Below, one piece after another: positions 25,321 to 30,605 of a stretch of 30,605 bases of DNA (the stretch's first letter is position 1; the number at the start of each line of letters is the position of its first letter). A program made the translations under genes and the position numbers. Location: positions 1-30,605 of IMG/VR virus record IMGVR_UViG_3300037422_000098, one strand, 5' to 3'. This stretch comes from a virus. Lineage: Duplodnaviria; Caudoviricetes. The notes beneath the pieces were generated by a model. It saw only the letters and a program-made list of their open reading frames with translations. It was not told where the DNA came from and did no database searches.

Positions 25321-26478
25321 TCAGCCCTTTCCCAGCCCGGCGCGGATCGCCTCGATCATCGTTGTCGGGGCTCGCGCGGGGCCGTTCGGTCCGCTGCCGC
25401 CCGACAAGGGTCTTGCCGAGGCGCCGCCTTGGGGCGGCCCGGCCGGCCGTTTCAGGCCGCCGGTCAAACTGATCGCATCGTTCAGGTCCTCGTAGAACTG
25501 CTTGATCTGCGAAGGCCAGAACCGGGGCGGCATCGCTTTCAGCCGCCCGATTTTCTCGGCGATCTTAGGCTCTTTCAGGCCGAAGTCAAGATCCGACTCC
25601 TTCCAGGCCTGGACCATCGCCCGGATGGTGTTCACGGCCCCGTCGCGCTCCCGGACGAACGCGGCCACCTGCTGCGCGTTCATCTGGTGGGCCTGCTGCG
25701 CCGCGGTGCGCGCGGCCTCCTGCCGCCGGGCGCGAGCGAGCTCGAGCGCCCGCTCCTCCGTGATCTCGTACTTGGCGACCGCCTCGCGCAGGTCCGGGAA
25801 GTCGGCCAGCGCGTCGAGCGCGTTCGGCTCGATCGTCCGCCCGGAGGCCACCTGGATCTCCCGGAGCTGGGCGATCAGGAGCTTCTCGGCCGTTGCCAGA
25901 TCCCCCGTGCGGACCGCCTTGATGTACTCTAGCGCCGCGCCGAAGTCCTCGGGCGTTGCCCGAGCCTCGCGGAGGAGGCCGCGCATGGTATCGACCTCGG
26001 ACCTGGCTTGCTGGATCTCCTGCGCGCGCTGCTCGAGTTGAGCGTCCTTCTGCTTGAGCGTATCGGTCAGTTTGCTCCATCGCTCCTGACCCCGTGGCGT
26101 GAGCCCCTCCGGTGGGGTCGTCACGTCCTCGAGCTCAGCGCCCTTGCCGCGTTTGTCTGGCTGCTTGCCTGCGGGCTGCTCGCCTGGTTTGACCTCGGCC
26201 TTGGGCTTGCGGGGCGCTGGACGCGCGCCCTCCTGTAGCTCCTTCAACCCGGAGGCGATCGCGTCCTGCATCGTCTGCGTGGTGCCACCGGCGCCGCCCT
26301 GCTCGGGAGGAGGAGCGCCGCCGCCAGACGGCGACGGTGCGGGCGTGGACGACCCGGCGCCGCCCGCGCCGGAGGGAGTTGCTGGCGCCGGATCGGACGC
26401 CGGTGGCAAGCTGGGGGCGCCGCCGGCATCGCCGCCGGAGCCGTTGTTCTCTTGCATCAGGATGCGGTGCAGGTCCAT
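25321..26478 (-). CDS. Capsid scaffolding protein
   Basis: 385 aa with a disordered Pro/Gly N-terminus, coiled coil and short C-terminal helix (TMIEAIRAGL), directly upstream of the capsid gene. Confidence 0.75.
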   Translation of the reverse strand: MDLHRILMQENNGSGGDAGGAPSLPPASDPAPATPSGAGGAGSSTPAPSPSGGGAPPPEQGGAGGTTQTMQDAIASGLKELQEGARPAPRKPKAEVKPGEQPAGKQPDKRGKGAELEDVTTPPEGLTPRGQERWSKLTDTLKQKDAQLEQRAQEIQQARSEVDTMRGLLREARATPEDFGAALEYIKAVRTGDLATAEKLLIAQLREIQVASGRTIEPNALDALADFPDLREAVAKYEITEERALELARARRQEAARTAAQQAHQMNAQQVAAFVRERDGAVNTIRAMVQAWKESDLDFGLKEPKIAEKIGRLKAMPPRFWPSQIKQFYEDLNDAISLTGGLKRPAGPPQGGASARPLSGGSGPNGPARAPTTMIEAIRAGLGKG

Positions 26479-26485
26479 TCGGGCC

Positions 26486-26860
26486 TCACATCAGGAATAG
26501 CAGGATTTCGTCCTCGCGCAGGATACGCCGCGCCCGCGCATCGCGCAGGATCGCCGCCACTTCCTCCGCCGTCAAGCCGCGCGCCATGCGCTCGAGGTCG
26601 TGGTCGGGCGCTGCGGCCGGGGCCCGCGCGGCGAGCAGCGCCACCGCCGCGTCGAGCAGCGCCTCGCGCTCCTCGGGCTCCGGCACCGCGGCGAGCGCCT
26701 CGGCTGCGGCTTGCTCGGGGGCGCGCCGCTCGAGGGCCGCGTAGTGCTCGTCGATGCGCTTGCCGAGCCACCACCGCACCGACCCGCCGGCCGGCTGCTG
26801 GACCAGCTCGCCCTGTTGGTACGCCGGCTGGAAGGGCCCGACCTGGAAGCCGCCGATCAT
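26486..26860 (-). CDS. Hypothetical protein
   Basis: 124 aa, ATGA-coupled. FQVGPFQPAYQ N-terminus and REDEILLFLM C-terminus. Confidence 0.7.
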   Translation of the reverse strand: MIGGFQVGPFQPAYQQGELVQQPAGGSVRWWLGKRIDEHYAALERRAPEQAAAEALAAVPEPEEREALLDAAVALLAARAPAAAPDHDLERMARGLTAEEVAAILRDARARRILREDEILLFLM

Positions 26861-27495
26861 CCTTTCGGCCTCACCACCTTGACCCAGGTCGCGATCATGT
26901 CAGTCCGCGCCCCGACATAGTTGGTCAGGGCGTAGGTGCGGTACTCGTCGTCACGCTGCGCCAGGTCAGGCCGCAGGCCGTAGCCCCAGGTGATCGAGAA
27001 GTTGACGCCCTTGTACCAGTCGGGCGTGTCCGTATGCGGCGCCTGCGAGCGACGCCACGACTCCTCGAGGTAGTTGAACCACATTCCGCAGACCGGCGGC
27101 ATCTTGTGGGTCGGGTCGCCGTAGGCCCGCTCCGAGAAGATGTCCGGGGTGATGATCTCCGCGCAGTTGTCGGGAGGCGTCGTGCCGGGCGTTGCCGGCG
27201 CGAGCACCCGATACAGCTCGCGCACGAAATGCGCGCGCTCCTCCTGATCCAGGTGCTCGAGCATGTGCGAGCAGTGCACCCGCCCCACCGAGTTGTCCTT
27301 CCACGGCCAGGGTCGGAACACGCCGCTCGACGTGCGCGCCACCAGATCGAGCACCAGGTCCACCTTCCCGCCTGGGATGCGGTCCACGCCGAGATAGCCC
27401 TCCCGCCGATTCCCGCCGCACCCCAGATCGAGCTTGAGCAGTTGCGGCGCCCGCGCCGCGCGCTTCGCCGCCAGTTTCCGATTCGCTTTTCGCAT
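26857..27495 (-). CDS. Class I SAM-dependent methyltransferase (Methyltransf_11-like)
   Basis: Start MRKANRK at ATG 27495 with GGAGG RBS. LKLDLGCG motif I, YLGVD, PWKDNSV, SHMLEHL, ELYRVLAP, AYGDPTH. Confidence 0.88.
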   Translation of the reverse strand: MRKANRKLAAKRAARAPQLLKLDLGCGGNRREGYLGVDRIPGGKVDLVLDLVARTSSGVFRPWPWKDNSVGRVHCSHMLEHLDQEERAHFVRELYRVLAPATPGTTPPDNCAEIITPDIFSERAYGDPTHKMPPVCGMWFNYLEESWRRSQAPHTDTPDWYKGVNFSITWGYGLRPDLAQRDDEYRTYALTNYVGARTDMIATWVKVVRPKG

Positions 27496-27505
27496 CGTTC
27501 CTCCG

Positions 27506-28243
27506 TTACCAGACCATGCCCGCCGGCCCGAACTTGCCCTCGTGATCGTAGTGCCCCACACGCACCCGGGTATCGACCGCGCAGCGATAACCGAACTTCC
27601 GGGCGTCCCCCCAGAAGTACAGGTCCTGCGTCCCCACCCCCTTGCCATCGCGCCCGTCCAGCGTCTTGAACCAGGGCCGGCGCAGTCGCGAGTCCTTGAA
27701 CATCCCCAGGCGCCAGAGCGCGAACCCCATCCCGATGCCCCAGCACTCGACCACGCCCGGAACCTCCGGCGGAACCTGCGGACGGAAGTTGCTCGCGTCG
27801 TTCGGGTCGCCCCAGATCTGCGCCACGCCCCCGTAGCCTTTCGTGAAGTACAGGCCGCTGATCGCGTGGAGCTCCGGGCGCTCCTCGAAGGCCTGAAGCA
27901 GCTGCAGCACCCCGTCGGGCTTGGGCGTGTTGTCGTGCTCGATGGTGAGCAGGTACTCGAACTGCGCGAGATCAGGGTGCGCGAGGATCGCCTCGATCGC
28001 CTGGGAGTAGGCCTCGCCGACCTCCTGCCCCACCGCCATGATCTTCACCACCGGCTGATTCGCCGGCCAGAGCAGGTTCCACCAGGACAGGAGTACCTTC
28101 GGCCAGACCGCAGCGATCGGCGCCACCAGCACGATGCGCTGCTTCTTCCAGCCCCCGCCCTTGATGAGCCGCTGCCTGACCTGCCCGAAGTTGCGGGCGT
28201 TCTCGCCCTCGAAGTCAGCGATGATGAGCTCGGGCTTGCTCAT
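27506..28243 (-). CDS. GT-A fold (GT2-like) glycosyltransferase
   Basis: Start MSKPELII at ATG 28243. YLLTIEHDN (DxD-like), ISGLYF, GIGMGFALW, PWF and QDLYFW...GYRCAVDTRVRVGH patterns of phage GT2-like proteins. Confidence 0.8.
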   Translation of the reverse strand: MSKPELIIADFEGENARNFGQVRQRLIKGGGWKKQRIVLVAPIAAVWPKVLLSWWNLLWPANQPVVKIMAVGQEVGEAYSQAIEAILAHPDLAQFEYLLTIEHDNTPKPDGVLQLLQAFEERPELHAISGLYFTKGYGGVAQIWGDPNDASNFRPQVPPEVPGVVECWGIGMGFALWRLGMFKDSRLRRPWFKTLDGRDGKGVGTQDLYFWGDARKFGYRCAVDTRVRVGHYDHEGKFGPAGMVW

Positions 28244-28503
28244 TCCTGAGCGCCGAGCAATTCGCTCGGGAGAAAGCGATCCAGGCGCCGCCCGTCCGGC
28301 GTCAACCAGGAGCACATATAGGCGGCCGGGGCTTGCCGCGCGCCCCGCAGCACGGCCGCCGGGTCGTGCAGGGCCTCGACGACGACCATTCGCAGGTAGG
28401 GCTGGGTCTTGTGGGTGACGACCTGCCCGACGCGAAACGCGCCCGGCACGAACGTGACGACGTTTTGGGGCCCGAGCCCGGGGTAAGACGTGCTTTCGTC
28501 CAT
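28240..28503 (-). CDS. YodC/DUF2158-like small protein
   Basis: FRVGQVVTHK...MVV...CSW...F..SEL pattern; AGGAGG RBS. Confidence 0.55.
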   Translation of the reverse strand: MDESTSYPGLGPQNVVTFVPGAFRVGQVVTHKTQPYLRMVVVEALHDPAAVLRGARQAPAAYMCSWLTPDGRRLDRFLPSELLGAQE

Positions 28504-28551
28504 AACGACCTCCTGGGCCGCAATGGTAAGGCAGCCGTGGTGTTGCGCGCA

Positions 28552-29283
28552 CTAGGCGCGCAACCAGGCGAGCGTGGCCCCCACCGGCGCGGCGCCCTTG
28601 AACACCGCGATGCAGGCCGCGTGGTTCGTGTCTGAGGTCGTCGTCGTGTTGTAGGTCCAGGTCAGCTCCTGCGTCCCGGTAGCCGAGAGGATCTTGTAAG
28701 CGATCCCGCCACCGAGGCCAGGCAGTCCCGGGTCGCTAATCTGGGTCCAGCCGGTCGTCGTGAACGGCCCCCACTCGCCGTTGGCGCTGATCGCAAGCGC
28801 CGAGACTGCAACCGAGTCCGCATTCGCCGTCGTGCCCGTGGTGCCGCTCGAGGTCGAGGACCGCGCCGATGCGGCGTGGTAGTTGCTCGCCGTCACGTCG
28901 AGGGGGCTGCTCGTCGCGGCGCCCGAGAACGCCACCGCCCCCACCGTCATGTACTCGCTGTCGGAGGCCGACCACTGCCAGCGCGCAGTGAACGTGCCGC
29001 TCGAGGCGACGTTCGGGCAGTAGTGGATCAGCGCGACCGGCTCGGACCCACCGTAGGGCTCGCTCGTGTCCCCGTCGTCGGACTCGATCCCGACCGCGCG
29101 GGAATAGGTGTTGCCCTGGTTGTCGCTGACCGTCGCCGACCAGGCCGCGCTGTTCAACCCCGCCCCGCCGCTCACCACCAGATCGCCGGGACTCGGCTGC
29201 GTGGACACGAAGCTCTGGCTCTGCTGCCCGGTCCCGGCGGTCACCACCAGAACGCCCGTGTCGCTGCGGTAGGCGACCGCCAT
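28552..29283 (-). CDS. Ser/Thr-rich beta-sandwich protein, probable virion surface protein
   Basis: 243 aa; PSPGDLVV...VSDNQGNTYS...FSGAATSSPLD...ACIAVFK. Confidence 0.7.
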   Translation of the reverse strand: MAVAYRSDTGVLVVTAGTGQQSQSFVSTQPSPGDLVVSGGAGLNSAAWSATVSDNQGNTYSRAVGIESDDGDTSEPYGGSEPVALIHYCPNVASSGTFTARWQWSASDSEYMTVGAVAFSGAATSSPLDVTASNYHAASARSSTSSGTTGTTANADSVAVSALAISANGEWGPFTTTGWTQISDPGLPGLGGGIAYKILSATGTQELTWTYNTTTTSDTNHAACIAVFKGAAPVGATLAWLRA

Positions 29284-29688
29284 CTAGATCGTCCTGAGCA
29301 GCACGCTCTCGGCCTGGAAGGCCTGAAACACCGTCACCGTGGCCCGGAGGGCGAGCCCGCGCAGTTTGCGCCGGCCGAACGGGTTGGCGCTCCCATCGTG
29401 TTCCCCCGGCCAGAACGCTTTCATGCTCCACGCGCCGAGCTGCGCGCCCGTCGGGGTCCGCACATCGCCGCCCTGCAGCTGCACGCCGATCCACGGCTGG
29501 AAGGTCGAGCCGTTGAGCGAGATTTCCACGTCGATCCGGGCGAGCGGCCCGGGCGCGGTGGCGCGCCACGCAGCGCCGATCCCGAGCACAAGCTCGAAGC
29601 CCTCGGAGTCGGCCGGCAGGGAATCGACCTCGAACTGCCGCGAGCCGACCGGGAACGACGTGGGGCCGAGGCTGATCGCGGCCGCCAT
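29284..29688 (-). CDS. Hypothetical beta-rich protein
   Basis: Start MAAAISLGPTSF at ATG 29688 (TAATG overlap), 134 aa. Confidence 0.65.
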   Translation of the reverse strand: MAAAISLGPTSFPVGSRQFEVDSLPADSEGFELVLGIGAAWRATAPGPLARIDVEISLNGSTFQPWIGVQLQGGDVRTPTGAQLGAWSMKAFWPGEHDGSANPFGRRKLRGLALRATVTVFQAFQAESVLLRTI

Positions 29689-30605
29689 TACCAGACCGCC
29701 GCTTGACTGCGGAGCCCGAACCAGACGTTCGCGAGCGAGGCGCTGTTGCCGGAGTGCCCCGTAATGTCGGAGAACGCGATGCTGGCGCGCGTCGCCGCGG
29801 TGGCGATCACCGCCTGCCCAGGCAGGATGCCGCGCGTGTTGGTCGTGTTCGACCCGAGATAGTTCGCCGCGCCGAAGCCGGTTGCCCACGTCGGGATGAC
29901 GCCCATCGAGAGCCCGAGCGCAAGGCTCGTCTGGCCCGCCGTGGTCGTGCTGACGTGCAGGCCCAGCCAGTACTGCCCCGGCGTCAGCGTCTGCCCCGCG
30001 TTGAGCGAGAGGCTGAACTTGCGCGCGTTGCCGATGCTCGAGGTCGAGTTGCTCTGGTGGAACGTGCTGATCGTCATCGAGCCCGACGCGATCGAGGAAA
30101 GCGTGGAGCCAGTCCGCGAGTACAGAACCGCGGAGATCCCGATGCTGAACCCGCCCGAACTCGTGTTCGTTTGCGTCGCGCGCGAAAGGCTCGCCGCCAA
30201 CTCGACCTGCGAAACGGCAAGGGGCCACGCGAGCGTGAAGGGCACGATCGACATGGAGTTGGTGGCGATGTTCGAGCCAGCCGCCGTGATCCCGTAACCG
30301 CGATACCACTCCGACATGGGGACAGGCTGCACCGAGATCGTCGAGCCGTTCGACGAAATGCTGATGCCAGACGTTCCGACTAGGCTCGAGGTCGCAGGGG
30401 CGTTGATCGAAAGCGTCCCGCCGTTCGCGTCAGTCGTTTGCGACAGGGACACCGGCCCAGTGCCGACAAAGACGAGGCGCGTGCCCGTGACCCCCGTGTT
30501 CCCTGCGGTGTTGCCCTGCGTGGACATACCCGCCGAAAACTGCCCTGCGCCGCCGCCCGCGGCCGAAATGCTGATCGTCGCCCCGTTCGCGTCGGTCGTT
30601 TGGCT
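29688..30605 (-). CDS. Ser/Thr/Gly-rich repeat fibre-like protein; partial (5' end outside window)
   Basis: The frame is open to the window end. Repeat SQTTDANG(A/G)T(I/L)SI occurs twice around SAGMSTQGNTAGNTG, followed by a C-terminal domain with LTPGQYWLG. Confidence 0.75.
   Translation of the reverse strand, partial: SQTTDANGATISISAAGGGAGQFSAGMSTQGNTAGNTGVTGTRLVFVGTGPVSLSQTTDANGGTLSINAPATSSLVGTSGISISSNGSTISVQPVPMSEWYRGYGITAAGSNIATNSMSIVPFTLAWPLAVSQVELAASLSRATQTNTSSGGFSIGISAVLYSRTGSTLSSIASGSMTISTFHQSNSTSSIGNARKFSLSLNAGQTLTPGQYWLGLHVSTTTAGQTSLALGLSMGVIPTWATGFGAANYLGSNTTNTRGILPGQAVIATAATRASIAFSDITGHSGNSASLANVWFGLRSQAAVW

Noticed and set aside
1-30605. tRNA, integrase/att site, terminase and portal
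   Set aside because: None recognised. Terminase and portal presumably lie outside the window.

Overview
A very GC-rich segment (roughly 70% by eye) of a tailed dsDNA phage with podovirus-like morphogenesis genes. The two-component spanin implies a Gram-negative host. Almost all genes lie on the minus strand. In transcription order (right to left) they are: a truncated Ser/Thr-rich repeat fibre-like protein and two beta-rich accessory proteins, a YodC/DUF2158-like protein, a GT-A glycosyltransferase, a SAM methyltransferase, scaffold, major capsid protein, adaptor and nozzle, a GNAT-like virion protein, several ejection proteins ending in a 1964-aa polyvalent protein, a 1062-aa tail fibre, and a lysis cassette (M15 endolysin, two holin-like genes, i-/o-spanin). 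A short plus-strand operon (YqaJ exonuclease, Bet, two small ORFs) converges on the lysis cassette. It shares a compact promoter region with a minus-strand operon: HTH regulator, DUF1376 replication initiator with iterons, small ORFs, C5 DNA methyltransferase and HNH. No integrase, CI-type repressor, tRNA or CRISPR array was seen. The most unusual observations are: (1) small +1-frame ORFs with their own RBS nested in the giant ejection protein on either side of a HExxH metallopeptidase domain, a candidate injected-effector/nested-immunity system; (2) a split C5 methyltransferase whose beta frame continues into a nested HNH gene while the alpha frame stays open; (3) an apparent ATC start codon on the nozzle gene; (4) a hairpin-rich 260-bp insert bounded by a duplicated stop/start junction; (5) a glycosyltransferase/methyltransferase pair inside the virion operon. 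All family assignments come from motif recognition by eye, without database searches.
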